This document shows positions 48,454 through 59,368 of a stretch of DNA of 64,000 bases, piece by piece; positions within the stretch are counted from its first letter, which is position 1, and each line of letters opens with the position of its first letter. The notes under the pieces were generated by a model. The model saw only the letters and a list, made by a program, of their open reading frames with translations. It was not told the origin of the DNA and did no database searches. Position numbers and translations under genes: made by a program. This DNA is from Desulfurivibrionaceae bacterium (lineage in GTDB: Bacteria; Desulfobacterota; Desulfobulbia; Desulfobulbales; Desulfurivibrionaceae), in contig JBAYTO010000003.1 in assembly GCA_041675585.1 (NCBI GenBank), forward strand, positions 21,396-85,395, in the 5' to 3' direction.

Positions 48454-49280
48454 GCCCGGCACTCCGCCAATCTGAAAAGCCTTTCCGCATTGGCCGTGGT
48501 GGCCTGCGCCAGTTCGGCCAGGGAGACCTCTTTCAATTCCGCGACTTTAAGGGCGGTATGGAGCATGAGCGCTGGCTCGTTGCGCTTGCCCCGCCTGGGC
48601 ACCGGGGCGAGAAAAGGACCGTCGGTTTCGAGCAGCAGCCGGGAAAGCGGGACCTGGCGCACCGCCTCCTGCATGACTTGGGCCTTGGGAAAGGTCACCA
48701 CCCCGGGGATGGAGATATAAAAGCCCAGGTCCAGCACCTCCTCGGCAAAGGCAGCATCGCCGGAAAAACAGTGCATCACCCCCCCGGCCTTAAGGGGCAG
48801 GGCGGCGCGCAAAACAGCCAGGGTGTCGGCATGGGCTTCACGGTCGTGGATGATGAGGGGCAGAGCCAGCTTGCGGGCCAGGTCTACCTGACGGGCAAAG
48901 TGCTCCTGCTGCATGGCTCTGGGCGAATACTCCTTCACATAATCCAGGCCGATCTCCCCATAGGCCACCACCCGTGGATGCGCGGCCAGTTCGCGCAAGC
49001 GGCCGTAATCTCCGGCGCCCAGCTCCCGGACATGGTGCGGATGTACTCCAACCGTGGCAAAAAGCGCGACATCGCGGGCGGCAAGCTCGACCGCCGCCTG
49101 CGAAGTGGCAAAGTCGATGCCCACGGTAACGATCCGGCTGACCCCGGCCTGGCGGGCCCGGCTGAGTACCTCCGCCAGATCCTCCTGGTAATCGGGGAAA
49201 TCAAGGTGGCAATGGGTGTCGATCAGCACCACCCCCTCTTCGGTCACCGGCAAAAAATCTTCTTTCTTTCCTTGGGTCAC
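48450..49280 (-). CDS. TatD-family DNase
   Basis: DTHCHL, GVHPH, GEIGLDY, IHDREA, HCFSG, ETDGP. Confidence 0.93.
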   Translation of the reverse strand: MTQGKKEDFLPVTEEGVVLIDTHCHLDFPDYQEDLAEVLSRARQAGVSRIVTVGIDFATSQAAVELAARDVALFATVGVHPHHVRELGAGDYGRLRELAAHPRVVAYGEIGLDYVKEYSPRAMQQEHFARQVDLARKLALPLIIHDREAHADTLAVLRAALPLKAGGVMHCFSGDAAFAEEVLDLGFYISIPGVVTFPKAQVMQEAVRQVPLSRLLLETDGPFLAPVPRRGKRNEPALMLHTALKVAELKEVSLAELAQATTANAERLFRLAECRA

Positions 49281-49508
49281 GCAAGCCTCTCAAGAATCAG
49301 TGTTTAATGGTTTGGGTCATTTCCGGCCTTGAGCCGGATAGTTACGAATCAGTTATGTTCGCCGGATTGTAGCGCAATGGATCATCAAGCGCCAGCTTTC
49401 AGGAAACCTTTTGACAAACCTGGGGGCACCGGCTATGTTTTTCTCGAAATTTCGGGATCTTCCGGACAGGCAACCTGCCGGCGCAACCATAACACCAGCG
49501 ACAAGCCC

Positions 49509-50018
49509 ATGCCTTCCCCAGTCCTAGACGCCATCAGAACGCGGCGCAGTATCCGAACCTTCACCGAGCAACCGGTGGACTCCGCCGTACTCCACGAAAT
49601 TATCCAAGCCGGGGTCTGGGCGCCTTCCGGCCTGAACAATCAACCCTGGCGCTTCGTCATTGTCACCGATCCGGCAATCCGCGCCCGACTGGCCGAGCAG
49701 ACCAATTATCGCCACATTGTCCTCGGGGCCCCAGCCCTGATCGCCGTATATCTTGACAGAGAAGCCATGTATGATGATCTTAAAGACGCGCAATCAGCCG
49801 GGGCCTGCATCCAGAACACGCTGCTGGCCGCCGAGGCCCTTGGTTTGGGCGCGGTCTGGCTGGGGCAGATTTTAAAAAATCGGGGAAACGTCGGCCTGAT
49901 TCTCGGCCTTGCCGGCAAACTGGAGCTGATGGCGGTGATTGCCGTCGGCCACCCGAGCCGACACGACCAGCAGTCACAGAGAAAACCATTGGCGGAATTC
50001 ATCGTCAAAGAGTTATAA
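49509..50018 (+). CDS. Nitroreductase family protein
   Basis: IRTRRSIR, APSGLNNQPW, LAAEALGLGAVW. Confidence 0.92.
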   Translation: MPSPVLDAIRTRRSIRTFTEQPVDSAVLHEIIQAGVWAPSGLNNQPWRFVIVTDPAIRARLAEQTNYRHIVLGAPALIAVYLDREAMYDDLKDAQSAGACIQNTLLAAEALGLGAVWLGQILKNRGNVGLILGLAGKLELMAVIAVGHPSRHDQQSQRKPLAEFIVKEL

Positions 50019-50028
50019 CCATAATATC

Positions 50029-50179
50029 GTAACTATCCAGCTTAATGCCGGGAATGACTCGAACCGCTAAATCGTAACTATTCAGCAGTGCCGTAGCTGC
50101 TAGGCAGAAGCCTGCGAAGTGTGCTGGTGCCCATGAGCAGGTTGATAACAACGCAGATGCGGTGCTGCTGGATAGTTAC
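50029..50179. mobile_element. MITE-like element with GTAACTATYCAGC ends (nested left ends)
   Basis: Left ends at 50029 and 50074 (GTAACTATTCAGCAGTGCCG); right end GCTGCTGGATAGTTAC at 50164-50179; flanks CATAATATC / CATAATGTC. Confidence 0.65.
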
Positions 50180-50216
50180 CATAATGTCTTGCATCCCATT
50201 ACCCCAGGAGGACTTC

Positions 50217-50741
50217 ATGACCACGCCACGCAAATCTTTTCGCACCGCTATCCTTTCTACCGTTCTTGCCCTGACCTCCCTTGTCGCCTTCAGCGGCTGC
50301 GCGGGAATGGGCCTGGGCGGCAGCAGCGACCAAGGACCCTCCGCCTCTTCTGCCACCACGGAAAACCAGCCCTATCGCGCCAACGAATTTTCCGATCTGC
50401 TGATTCCCGGTGAACTTTCCTGGGACCGGGAGAAAAGCATGCTCGTCCGAACCGAGTCCTTTGCCGGCGGGGTGATATACTATTCAGGCCGGGTCGATAT
50501 CGCTTCGCTGGCCGATTTCTTCACTAATAGCATGGGCAAAAACGGCTGGAAACTTGCAGGCTCCGCCAAGTACAAAAATATTCTCCTCGCCTTTGTCAAA
50601 CCGAACAAGACCTGCACCATTGTCCTCTCCGAGGATAAGCTGCTCATGCGGACCCTGGTCTCCATCTATCTAGCCGAGGACACTACGGCATTGGGTTCTG
50701 GCGGCATGAATCAAACGGATCCCTTTGGTTATCGCAAGTAG
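50217..50741 (+). CDS. Hypothetical lipoprotein
   Basis: AGGAGG RBS; signal peptide with lipobox FSGC. Confidence 0.8.
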   Translation: MTTPRKSFRTAILSTVLALTSLVAFSGCAGMGLGGSSDQGPSASSATTENQPYRANEFSDLLIPGELSWDREKSMLVRTESFAGGVIYYSGRVDIASLADFFTNSMGKNGWKLAGSAKYKNILLAFVKPNKTCTIVLSEDKLLMRTLVSIYLAEDTTALGSGGMNQTDPFGYRK

Positions 50742-51979
50742 TGATTGAGGCTGCGAACATCATGCCTCTTCTGACCGACAAAAAAATACTGCTCGGGATT
50801 ACCGGCAGCATCGCGGCCTACAAGGTGGCGGACTGGATTCGCGCCCTGCGCCGGGAAGGATGCCGGGTAACCGTGGTCATGACCGAGGCCGCCTGCCGGT
50901 TCATCACCCCCCTGACCATGGCGGCCCTTTCCGGCAATCCGGTGCACACCGGCATGTTCGCCGCCGAGGCGCCGGAAACCATTCCGCACATCAATCTGGC
51001 CCGGGAACATGACCTGCTGGTCATTGCCCCGGCCTCGGCCCAGACCATCGCCCGCCTGGCCCATGGCCTGGCCGACAATCTGCTCGCCACCGTAGCCCTG
51101 GCCTTCTCCGGGCCGGTCCTGGTCTGCCCGGCCATGAACAGCGCCATGCTCCAGCATCCGGCCACCCAGGCGAACCTTGCCACCCTAAGGTCTTACGGGC
51201 ACATGGTTCTCGAGCCGGATTGCGGCAAGATGGCCTGCGGCGAAGAAGGTCCCGGCCGCCTGCCCGAATGGGAAGACGCCCGGCAGGCCATTATCACCGC
51301 CTTCGCCCCCCAAGATCTTACCGGCGAGCAGGTACTCATTACCGCAGGACCGACCAGGGAATACTTTGATCCGGCCCGGTTCCTCAGCAACCCCTCAACC
51401 GGCAAGATGGGCTATGCCCTGGCGGCTACAGCCGGACAACGTGGGGCAACGGTCACTCTGATCAGCGGGCCGACCGCCCTGCCCGCCCCGGCTGGAGTAA
51501 GGTACATCCAGGTAACTTCTGCCGCCGAGATGCAGGCCCAGGTCATGGGCTGTCTCACGGCGGCCACCATTATCGTCAAGGCCGCGGCCGTTTCCGACTA
51601 CCGGCCCGCCGAGCCCCAGCCCCACAAGGTAAAAAAAGGCCAAGCCTCTTTATCGCTGCCCTTGGTCGCCAACCAGGACATCCTCAAGGAGCTGGGAGCG
51701 CGCCGGCGGACATCAGCGAATTTCCCTCTGCTCATCGGCTTCGCCGCGGAAAGCCGGGATCATTGGGCGGAAGGGAACAGAAAACTCAAGGAAAAGAATC
51801 TTGATCTGATCGTGATCAACGATATCAGCGGAACGGAAACCGGTTTTGGTGCCGACACCAACCGAGTCACCCTGCTTGACCGCAATGGCGGGCAGGAAGA
51901 AGTGCCATTGCTGAGCAAGGAAGAAACCGCCCACCGGATCTGGGATGCGGTGACCAGGCTAAGAACGGGCCTTAACTAG
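50741..51979 (+). CDS. coaBC: Bifunctional phosphopantothenoylcysteine decarboxylase/ligase
   Basis: GITGSIAAYK, PAMN..M, TAGPTRE..DPARFLSNPSTGKMG, AAVSDY, GFAAES. Confidence 0.96.
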   Translation: MIEAANIMPLLTDKKILLGITGSIAAYKVADWIRALRREGCRVTVVMTEAACRFITPLTMAALSGNPVHTGMFAAEAPETIPHINLAREHDLLVIAPASAQTIARLAHGLADNLLATVALAFSGPVLVCPAMNSAMLQHPATQANLATLRSYGHMVLEPDCGKMACGEEGPGRLPEWEDARQAIITAFAPQDLTGEQVLITAGPTREYFDPARFLSNPSTGKMGYALAATAGQRGATVTLISGPTALPAPAGVRYIQVTSAAEMQAQVMGCLTAATIIVKAAAVSDYRPAEPQPHKVKKGQASLSLPLVANQDILKELGARRRTSANFPLLIGFAAESRDHWAEGNRKLKEKNLDLIVINDISGTETGFGADTNRVTLLDRNGGQEEVPLLSKEETAHRIWDAVTRLRTGLN

Positions 51980-52017
51980 TCTCAAACATGAACAGCCAGC
52001 CAGGCCGCCGGCTCACG

Positions 52018-52491
52018 TCATCGCCTGCCGCGCCGCTGCATCTCCTCATGTAACTCCGGATACAGTTTTTTGCTGCAATCGGGGCAAATGCCATGGCTGA
52101 ACAGGGCATTGGAATGCTTGCTGATATATTCCTCTATCTGCCGCCAGTAACCGGTATCATCCCGTATTTTTTTGCATGAAGCGCAGATGGGCAGAAAGCC
52201 GCTCAAGACCTTCACTTCTTGTATAGCCTTTTGCAACAGGGCAATGAGTTGCTCTTTTTCCACCTCTGTCCGTTTGCGTTCTTCGATTTCGCGAACAAGC
52301 TCGCTGTTTGCTGCGTCAAGATCTTTGGTTCTCTCCTGGATCCTGTGTTCCAGATTGAGATAAATATCCAGATATTTGGCGGTAGCCTCCTCATACTCTT
52401 CCCTGGTCAAACGAAGCTCATTGACAAGATGGCGCACTTGGGTTTCAAGTTCTTGTATTGGTTGTTCGAGGTCCTGGTCGCTGTTGCTCAT
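52018..52491 (-). CDS. Hypothetical coiled-coil protein with C-terminal Cys/His motif
   Basis: GFLPICASCKKIRDDTGYWRQIEEY...FSHGICPDC, a C-terminal module often seen on signalling proteins. Confidence 0.75.
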   Translation of the reverse strand: MSNSDQDLEQPIQELETQVRHLVNELRLTREEYEEATAKYLDIYLNLEHRIQERTKDLDAANSELVREIEERKRTEVEKEQLIALLQKAIQEVKVLSGFLPICASCKKIRDDTGYWRQIEEYISKHSNALFSHGICPDCSKKLYPELHEEMQRRGRR

Positions 52492-53372
52492 GCAATGAGG
52501 TATCCTTTCTCTTCGATTTTCCCCATTTCTTCCTTGACCAGCTCAACGATTAGACGCAAGGCATACCACTGCAGGCCAAGATCCCTGATGTACATATGAA
52601 GAATCTCCCGATCGGGAAGCGGCATGGCAACATAGCCATATCCCTGCTCAAACATGAGATAGTCGGCGACAAAAATTGTTTTCACAAACAAACGGTGTTC
52701 TTCGCTGGCATTCTCGGGATTATGGTGAAACCCTATGCCTTCCCTGAGTTCAGCCGGAAAATTCCAGTTTCCTGCCAGGGCCATGCCTACCAGACCATGG
52801 TTGTAGCCCAAAAATGAGGTCTCGCAATCGGTCAGGGCCTGAGGCGTATCCGCCATACTCTGCATCAGCTGCATGAATTCCTGATGCAGGATCTGGTCTT
52901 CAACAATAACCCCGATATCGTGCATCAACCCGGCAGCATAGGCATTATTTCCCTTTTCGCCAAATTCTCGTCGGTAAATATTCTTGGCGAGAAGGGCGAC
53001 CGCCAGACTGTGCCGCCACAACTGGAGGCGGGAATAGCCGAGAAAGGGCGTGCCGCCACGGTATATTTCGCTGATCTTCTGGGTAAGAATTATTTCCTTG
53101 AGGGTATCAAAACCTATCCAGATCAGAGCCTGATTGATATCGCTGATGTCTTTTGCGGTAGAATAGTAGGCTGAATTGGCAACCCGGAGGATCTTTGCCG
53201 CCAGCGGAGGGTCAACCTCGATAAGCCGGATCAGCTCAGAGGAACTAACGGCAGGATCGCTGATAATGGACAGTATCCTGCTGACCGTCCCTTTGATGGA
53301 GGCGAGAGGCGATGTCTCAACGAGTTCCAGCAGCCCGGCCAGAGAAATATCGGAATTTTTCACACCATCCAT
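52488..53372 (-). CDS. HDOD domain protein
   Basis: DPPLAAKILRVANSAYY, WRHSLAVA, AGLMHDIG, NHGLVG..LA.NW.FP. Confidence 0.92.
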   Translation of the reverse strand: MDGVKNSDISLAGLLELVETSPLASIKGTVSRILSIISDPAVSSSELIRLIEVDPPLAAKILRVANSAYYSTAKDISDINQALIWIGFDTLKEIILTQKISEIYRGGTPFLGYSRLQLWRHSLAVALLAKNIYRREFGEKGNNAYAAGLMHDIGVIVEDQILHQEFMQLMQSMADTPQALTDCETSFLGYNHGLVGMALAGNWNFPAELREGIGFHHNPENASEEHRLFVKTIFVADYLMFEQGYGYVAMPLPDREILHMYIRDLGLQWYALRLIVELVKEEMGKIEEKGYLIA

Positions 53373-53476
53373 GGAGCATCGCCTTCTCTGAAAATTTCAG
53401 ACGGCAGAACAACGGCATTAACTCCTGACAGATCCCTCTTTCCCTTTCCAGAACACAACGATGACAGTAACAGGTT

Positions 53477-54535
53477 TTACATAACCGGCGGTCCGACCAC
53501 ATCGCCCCGGCGCACTTCGTGGGCGCTCCGTTTCGTTACCACGGCAGCCGCGGTGTTTGCCGCAACCCGCAGAATCATGATCTCTCCGGAAGTCCTGACC
53601 GCAGCCTGATCAGTCCCGGCCACCGACAACAAGTCTCCAGGGACAAGCCCCTGATTAGCGCCGATATTCAGATAGACAATATCACCTGGTCCGGCAAGCT
53701 GGCGCTTGAAATGAAACGCCACCACCGAACCATTTGCCGTGGCCGTCCCTGCCTGGAACGGACGCGGAGAAACTTTGGTCCGCTCCTGAACCCGGCCCAG
53801 AACGTCACCGGTTTTCACTTCGGCAAAAGCCTGCCTGATAACCGCCCGCTGCCCGGAGGCATCCGAAGCGACAATCTCGACAATAGCAATGTCCGCCAGC
53901 AGATGGCCGGGACTTGTCCCATAATAACTGAGGGAATCAACCTTGCCCATATCCCGGTATACGCCAAACTGCCGGCCAACCGGCGCGCCAGGGGCAGAGA
54001 TGAGGATGACCTCGCCGACAGCCGCACTTTGCCAACCCTGTTGGGTATGCAGCACCTGTCCCTCGCTGGGGATCTCGTTGGTGAGCATGCCGATCCCCTG
54101 GCCATAATCCAGGGCCGGGACTCCCTCATAGTTCGCCTTTCCCTGTACCTCGTTCTGAAGCTGATCTTTTTTTACCATGATAAGGGGAAGCGGTTCGGAA
54201 AATGACGCCATGCCAGCCTTTGCCAGAGCCGAGGAATTCGAAGCCACGGGGCCGACACCATTATCCGCGGATTTATCCATGGCCAAAGTACTTCCCTGGC
54301 CTGGAATCTTGACGAGTTGGCCAGGGTAGATCCAGTGGGGGTTGGCAATCCCTGGGTTGATGTTCCAGATTTTCGGCCAGAGCAGTGGATTATCGAGATA
54401 ATTTCCGCTCAAATCCCAGAGGGTGTCCCCCTTTTTTACCGTATGAATGGATGTATTTTTCGCCAGAATTTCCTTGCCGCCAAAGACTCCGCAGGCAGAG
54501 GCGATAATCACCGCCGTCGCAACAATTTTCCTCAT
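53477..54535 (-). CDS. LysM peptidoglycan-binding protein (TsaP-like)
   Basis: Signal peptide; [36 protein letters not shown]. Confidence 0.85.
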   Translation of the reverse strand: MRKIVATAVIIASACGVFGGKEILAKNTSIHTVKKGDTLWDLSGNYLDNPLLWPKIWNINPGIANPHWIYPGQLVKIPGQGSTLAMDKSADNGVGPVASNSSALAKAGMASFSEPLPLIMVKKDQLQNEVQGKANYEGVPALDYGQGIGMLTNEIPSEGQVLHTQQGWQSAAVGEVILISAPGAPVGRQFGVYRDMGKVDSLSYYGTSPGHLLADIAIVEIVASDASGQRAVIRQAFAEVKTGDVLGRVQERTKVSPRPFQAGTATANGSVVAFHFKRQLAGPGDIVYLNIGANQGLVPGDLLSVAGTDQAAVRTSGEIMILRVAANTAAAVVTKRSAHEVRRGDVVGPPVM

Positions 54536-54752
54536 GGGATGCTCCTCTTAATCCGGACAAATCAAAAAAATGGTATACACTCCTCAAACCCCATGGCCAT
54601 TGCTATTATCTACGCAAGATTTATAAAAATTGTCAAGAAGATGCTTGACTGTGGCCTGTTAAATTAACCTGACCAAAAAGGGCCGCAGTGCTGGAAGCGT
54701 TGGCAGCCTGACGGAATGGCCGATAAAACAGCGATGCTTTTTCCAGCACCGG

Positions 54753-57254
54753 TTACGCGTTACGGCTCCTGAAGAACCGCAGCCGCAGGGCATTGGAGAC
54801 CACGGAAACCGAACTCATGGCCATGGCCCCGCCGGCGAGCATGGGATTTAAGGTCGGCCCGCCGAAGAGATGCAGAACCCCGGCCGCCACCGGAATGCCG
54901 ATGATATTGTAGATGAAAGCCCAGAAAAGATTCTGCCTGATATTGCGCATGGTGGCGCGGCTTAAGGAAAGCGCGGTGAGCAGGCCGGAAAGATGGCCCT
55001 TCATCAGCACGATATCTCCGGCCTCGATGGCCACATCGATGCCGGTGCCCATGGCAATGCCGACATCGGCCCTGGCCAGGGCCGGGGCGTCGTTGATGCC
55101 GTCGCCCACCATGGCGACCCGGAACCCTTCGGCCTGCAAAGCCGCCACCTTTTCCACTTTCTGGTCCGGCAGCACTTGGGCAAAGACCTCGCCGATCCCG
55201 GCCTGGGCGGCAATGGCCCGGGCGGTAAGCTCGTTGTCGCCGGTGAGCATGAAGATCTTGATCCCCATGCGTTCCAGAGCGCGGATGGTCGCGGGCACCT
55301 CCGGCTTAAGCCGGTCGGCAATGGCGAGCAGAGCGATAAGCCTGCCATCGGCCGCACAGTAGAGCGCGGTCTTGCCCGCCCCGGCAAAGCCCTGGGCGAT
55401 TTGCGCAACCGCCTCCCCAAGCCCTGCCACCTCCTGCTCCACCATGAACTCCCGGTTGCCGAGCAGCACCTTCTCGCCTTGAACCATGGCCCGGATCCCT
55501 CGGCCGGAAACTGCCTCGAAATCAGCAACCTCTGCCAGGATCAGTCCCTTTTCCCTGGCCGCCTTGACAATGGCTTCGGCCAGGGGATGCTCAGAGCCGC
55601 TCTCGGCGCTGGCCACCAGGGAGAGGATCCGGTCACCATCCATCTTCGGGGATAGCGGATGCAGGTCGGTCAATTCCGGGCGGCCATGGGTCAGGGTGCC
55701 GGTCTTGTCAAAGATGATGGCGTCAATCTTCTGGGCCATCTCCAGGGCTTCGCCGCTCTTGACCAATACCCCCAGCTGGGCGCCGCGTCCGGTGCCGACC
55801 ATAATCGAGGTCGGGGTGGCCAGACCCATGGCGCAGGGGCAGGCAATGACCAGTACGGCGATAAAGATCCGCAAGGCAAAGGGAAACTCGGCCTGACCGA
55901 GGAAATACCAGGCCAGACCGGCAATAACAGCCAGGCCGATAACAGTGGGCACGAAATATAGGCTGATCCGGTCAGCCAGATTGGCGATGGGCGCCTTGGA
56001 GCCCTGGGCCTCGCGGACCATGGTGATGATCCGGGCCAGCACCGTGTCCTGCCCCACCTTCTCGGCCCGTACCTGCAGGAGGCCGTTCTTGTTCAGAGTG
56101 GCGCCCACCACCGGATCGCCAACCTCCTTGGAAACCGGCAGGGATTCGCCGGTGAGCATGGATTCGTCCACACTGGAACGGCCCTTGACCACTGAGCCGT
56201 CCACCGGGATGCGCTCGCCCGGCTTGACTAGCAGGATATCGCCGACCTCAATCTCGGCCACCGGAATTTTTTTCTGCCCCTCAGCCCCGGCCACCACCAG
56301 GGTTGCCTCTTCAGGAGCCAGGGCCATAAGCTGGCGAATGGCGTCAGAGGTGCGCACCTTGGAGCGGGCCTCCAGATACTTGCCCAGGGAAACCAGGGCG
56401 ATCAGCACCCCGGCCGACTCAAAATACAAATCCATAACCCTGGCCATGACCTCGATGCCCAGGCCGATCTCGATCAAGCCCCAGGTGCTGTAGACAAAGG
56501 CGGCCCCGGTGCCGATGGCGATGAGCGAATCCATGTTGGGCGCCCTGCGCCAGAGAGCCGGGAAACCGAGGAGATAAAAATTCCGGCCCGACCACATGAT
56601 CGGCAACACCAGAAAAAACTGGACAAAAGCAAAGGTGAAAGGCGCCTGATGGGGAGCCAGAAACGAGGGCAACGGCAGCCCGGCCATCTCGCCCATGGAA
56701 AGAAGCAGCAGCAGAACGGCAAAAGCAAAAGCCGGATAGAGCCGCCTTTCCATGGCAGCAAGCCGGACGAGGGCTTCCTCCTGCTGGCGCTCGAAGTCCG
56801 AACGACCTGCCCCCCCGGCCACCCTGGCCTTAAAGCCAAGCCGCTCGATGGTCTCGCGGATCTGCCTTTGGCTGACCAGTTCGGGAGCAAAAACCACCGC
56901 TGCCGATTCCGAGGCCAGGTTCACCTGGATACTCCGCACCCCAGGCATCCCCCCCACCACCTTTTCGATCCTGGCGGAACAGGAAGCGCAGGTCATGCCG
57001 GAAATGGCCAACGCCAGCCGGACTTCCTTTTCCGGCAGTACCAGCTCGGAACCAAGCCCCTTGACGATCCCGGCAATAGCCGCCAGGCTGAGCTGAGCAC
57101 CATCCCACTCCACCTCCAGGCTCTCGGCGGCAAGATTCACCGTAGCCGTCCGGATGCCCTCGGTGGCGGCCAGCACCTTTTCGATGCGGGAGGAACAGGA
57201 AGCGCAGTGCATGCCCCGGATAGCGAACCGTTGTTTTTCGGTAGACGGTGCCAT
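54753..57254 (-). CDS. copA: Cu(I)-translocating P1B-type ATPase
   Basis: Two GMxCASC HMA domains, [33 protein letters not shown] and MAMSS motifs. Confidence 0.95.
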   Translation of the reverse strand: MAPSTEKQRFAIRGMHCASCSSRIEKVLAATEGIRTATVNLAAESLEVEWDGAQLSLAAIAGIVKGLGSELVLPEKEVRLALAISGMTCASCSARIEKVVGGMPGVRSIQVNLASESAAVVFAPELVSQRQIRETIERLGFKARVAGGAGRSDFERQQEEALVRLAAMERRLYPAFAFAVLLLLLSMGEMAGLPLPSFLAPHQAPFTFAFVQFFLVLPIMWSGRNFYLLGFPALWRRAPNMDSLIAIGTGAAFVYSTWGLIEIGLGIEVMARVMDLYFESAGVLIALVSLGKYLEARSKVRTSDAIRQLMALAPEEATLVVAGAEGQKKIPVAEIEVGDILLVKPGERIPVDGSVVKGRSSVDESMLTGESLPVSKEVGDPVVGATLNKNGLLQVRAEKVGQDTVLARIITMVREAQGSKAPIANLADRISLYFVPTVIGLAVIAGLAWYFLGQAEFPFALRIFIAVLVIACPCAMGLATPTSIMVGTGRGAQLGVLVKSGEALEMAQKIDAIIFDKTGTLTHGRPELTDLHPLSPKMDGDRILSLVASAESGSEHPLAEAIVKAAREKGLILAEVADFEAVSGRGIRAMVQGEKVLLGNREFMVEQEVAGLGEAVAQIAQGFAGAGKTALYCAADGRLIALLAIADRLKPEVPATIRALERMGIKIFMLTGDNELTARAIAAQAGIGEVFAQVLPDQKVEKVAALQAEGFRVAMVGDGINDAPALARADVGIAMGTGIDVAIEAGDIVLMKGHLSGLLTALSLSRATMRNIRQNLFWAFIYNIIGIPVAAGVLHLFGGPTLNPMLAGGAMAMSSVSVVSNALRLRFFRSRNA

Positions 57255-57480
57255 GGATATCCCCTTGCTTGCCCAGAACCTTGGGCTTATAAAAAATCTT
57301 TGCGCCGGCCAGCAATTTAGGAGCCGTTCAGAAACAACATGGCCATTCATGTTGCCTTACTATACGGCTCCTTATGCCATCTGGCTGACTGAAACGGACT
57401 ATGTTATAGTGTAACAATGGCTTAGTTTTTAATATAATCGTTTAAATCCTTCAACCACAACCCCGACCAAGGAGTTTCCC

Positions 57481-57681
57481 ATGCCAACCATCCGGATCAA
57501 GGGTATGCGCTGCGGCCACTGTGTGGCCTCGGTCACTTCGGCGCTCAACGCCATCGACGGCATCAGCGAGGTGAACATCTCCCTCGAAAAAGGCGAGGCC
57601 ACCTTCAAGCAGAGCAAGGAGGTGCCGATAGCCGCCATCAGGCAAGCCATCGCCGCCATCGGCTTCGAGGTGGTTGATTAA
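57481..57681 (+). CDS. copZ: CopZ-like heavy-metal chaperone
   Basis: GMRCGHC HMA motif, 66 aa, divergent from copA. Confidence 0.85.
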   Translation: MPTIRIKGMRCGHCVASVTSALNAIDGISEVNISLEKGEATFKQSKEVPIAAIRQAIAAIGFEVVD

Positions 57682-57719
57682 AACCGGGCTGCGCCGTAGA
57701 ACCTCTTCCGCCCCGCGGC

Positions 57720-58046
57720 CTACAGCACCAGGACCACCGCCGGATGCCCCTTGAAGGCATGGTACTGGGCCTCCCGATCCTCGGTGCTGGCCACGACAAG
57801 TTCCACCTCCAGACAAAGATACTTGCCGCCGCTGCTCGAATTGGACAGGGAGACCAGACATTCCCGCGCCTGAACAACCTCGGCGATGGCTCCCCGCAGC
57901 TCCTCCTGCTCCCGGCCGATGAGCTTATAAACCCACGGGCAGGGGTAGACCAGCTCGACCTTTTGCTTGCAATCATTCAACAACACGAGCAACCTCCGTA
58001 TTTTTCTCTCGTTCGCCACGGGAAGAAAATCCCGTAAGCCTATCAT
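57720..58046 (-). CDS. DUF493/YbeD-like protein
   Basis: YPCPWVYKLIG, SNSSSGGKY; start uncertain. Confidence 0.75.
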   Translation of the reverse strand: MIGLRDFLPVANERKIRRLLVLLNDCKQKVELVYPCPWVYKLIGREQEELRGAIAEVVQARECLVSLSNSSSGGKYLCLEVELVVASTEDREAQYHAFKGHPAVVLVL

Positions 58047-58230
58047 ACCAGAGCCGACCTCCCATCGCCAACAGGATCAGGGTAAGCGGTCACAAAGTTT
58101 TTATCCTTTTATTTCAGAATGTTGCCTTAGCACCTCTGCATCTAGGCGTTACGTTTTCAGTTGTTCCACGATCATAATCGTGGCAGTATAGTAAAAAATT
58201 TCCCCAACCCCATCTCCACAGGAGTTCTCC

Positions 58231-59172
58231 ATGAACAAAACAGCACCCTATGACCTTATCATCATCGGCGGCGGGCCAGGCGGCTATACCGCAGGAATCT
58301 ATGCCCAACGGGCCGCCCTGAAAACAGTCCTCATCGAAAAAGGCATCCCCGGCGGCCAGTTGAACAATACCGGCGAGGTGGAAAACTGGCCCGGCACCGA
58401 AAAAATCAGCGGCTCGGATCTGGCTCTGAAATTTTCCCAACATGCCGCCGCCTATGGCCTTGAGATAATGAATCGCGAGGTTGTTGGGGTTGAGCCGGGG
58501 CTTGATTACCATACCGTCATTTTGGATAACGGGGAAAGTTTTTCGACCCACGCGGTTATCCTGGCCACCGGCGGCAGCCCGCGAAAATTGGGAATTCCCG
58601 GGGAAGACCGGTATTATGGCCGGGGGGTTTCCTACTGCGCCGTATGCGACGGCTTCTTTTTCCGCGACAAGACCGTGGTGGTGGTGGGCGGCGGCGACAG
58701 CGCCCTGGAAGAAGCCCTGTATCTGGCCAAACTCGCAAGGCAAGTCTACATTGCCCACCGGAGGGACGCCTTCCGGGGCGGGATGATCCTGCAAAAAAGG
58801 GTGCTGAACGAAAAGCGGATTACCGTGCTCTGGAACACGGTTCTTGCCGAGATTCAGGCGGATGAGCAGGGGGTGAACGGAGTGAGTACCAAAAATACCC
58901 TGGATGGGACAACCTCCGCCCTGGCCACCGACGGAGTCTTCATCTTTATCGGTTTTGAACCGAACAATTTCCTGGTGCCGGCGGGCACCAGGATGAATGC
59001 CAACGGCTATGTGATTGCCGATGATAAATGCGAAACCAGCACCCCGGGCATCTTTGCCATCGGCGATCTGAAGGAAAAATACGCCAAGCAGATCGTCACT
59101 GCCGCAGCGGATGGCTGCACCGCGGCCCTGGCCGCGGCCCATTATGTCGAGCACAAGAAAAACGGCTCTTAG
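58231..59172 (+). CDS. trxB: Thioredoxin-disulfide reductase
   Basis: GGGPGG, GVSYCAVCDG redox site, GGGDSALEEA, FAIGD. Confidence 0.96.
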   Translation: MNKTAPYDLIIIGGGPGGYTAGIYAQRAALKTVLIEKGIPGGQLNNTGEVENWPGTEKISGSDLALKFSQHAAAYGLEIMNREVVGVEPGLDYHTVILDNGESFSTHAVILATGGSPRKLGIPGEDRYYGRGVSYCAVCDGFFFRDKTVVVVGGGDSALEEALYLAKLARQVYIAHRRDAFRGGMILQKRVLNEKRITVLWNTVLAEIQADEQGVNGVSTKNTLDGTTSALATDGVFIFIGFEPNNFLVPAGTRMNANGYVIADDKCETSTPGIFAIGDLKEKYAKQIVTAAADGCTAALAAAHYVEHKKNGS

Positions 59173-59237
59173 GCAAAAAAGATCCACTATCCGGATGGTG
59201 CCGATTGTATTGCAAAACGACAATCACCTTAAGAAAC

Positions 59238-59294
59238 GTAGGCGCCGCTTCAGCCGCGATGTCTTGCAATTCCGCGGCTGAAGCCGCTCCTCCC
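59238..59294. repeat. REP doublet (REPIN-like), class B
   Basis: GTAGGCGCCGCTTCAGCCGCG (59238-59258) and inverted CGCGGCTGAAGCCGCTCCTCCC (59273-59294). Confidence 0.85.
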
Positions 59295-59312
59295 AGTCCT
59301 GTCGTTATAAAA

Positions 59313-59368
59313 TTGCACCCACAGGGTATAAGTTTCGTTTGAGCAGACAAGCTGCTCAACTCAGCTTA
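59313..59368 (-). repeat. 56-bp two-hairpin dispersed repeat, copy C
   Basis: Minus strand TAAGCTGAGTTGAGCAGCTTGTCTGCTCAAACGAAACTTATACCCTGTGGGTGCAA; supplies the rhomboid stop codon. Confidence 0.88.

Noticed and set aside
54688-54749. 9-bp inverted repeat GTGCTGGAA/TTCCAGCAC downstream of copA
   Set aside because: Long loop, no U-tract and no second copy seen; not enough to call a terminator or element.
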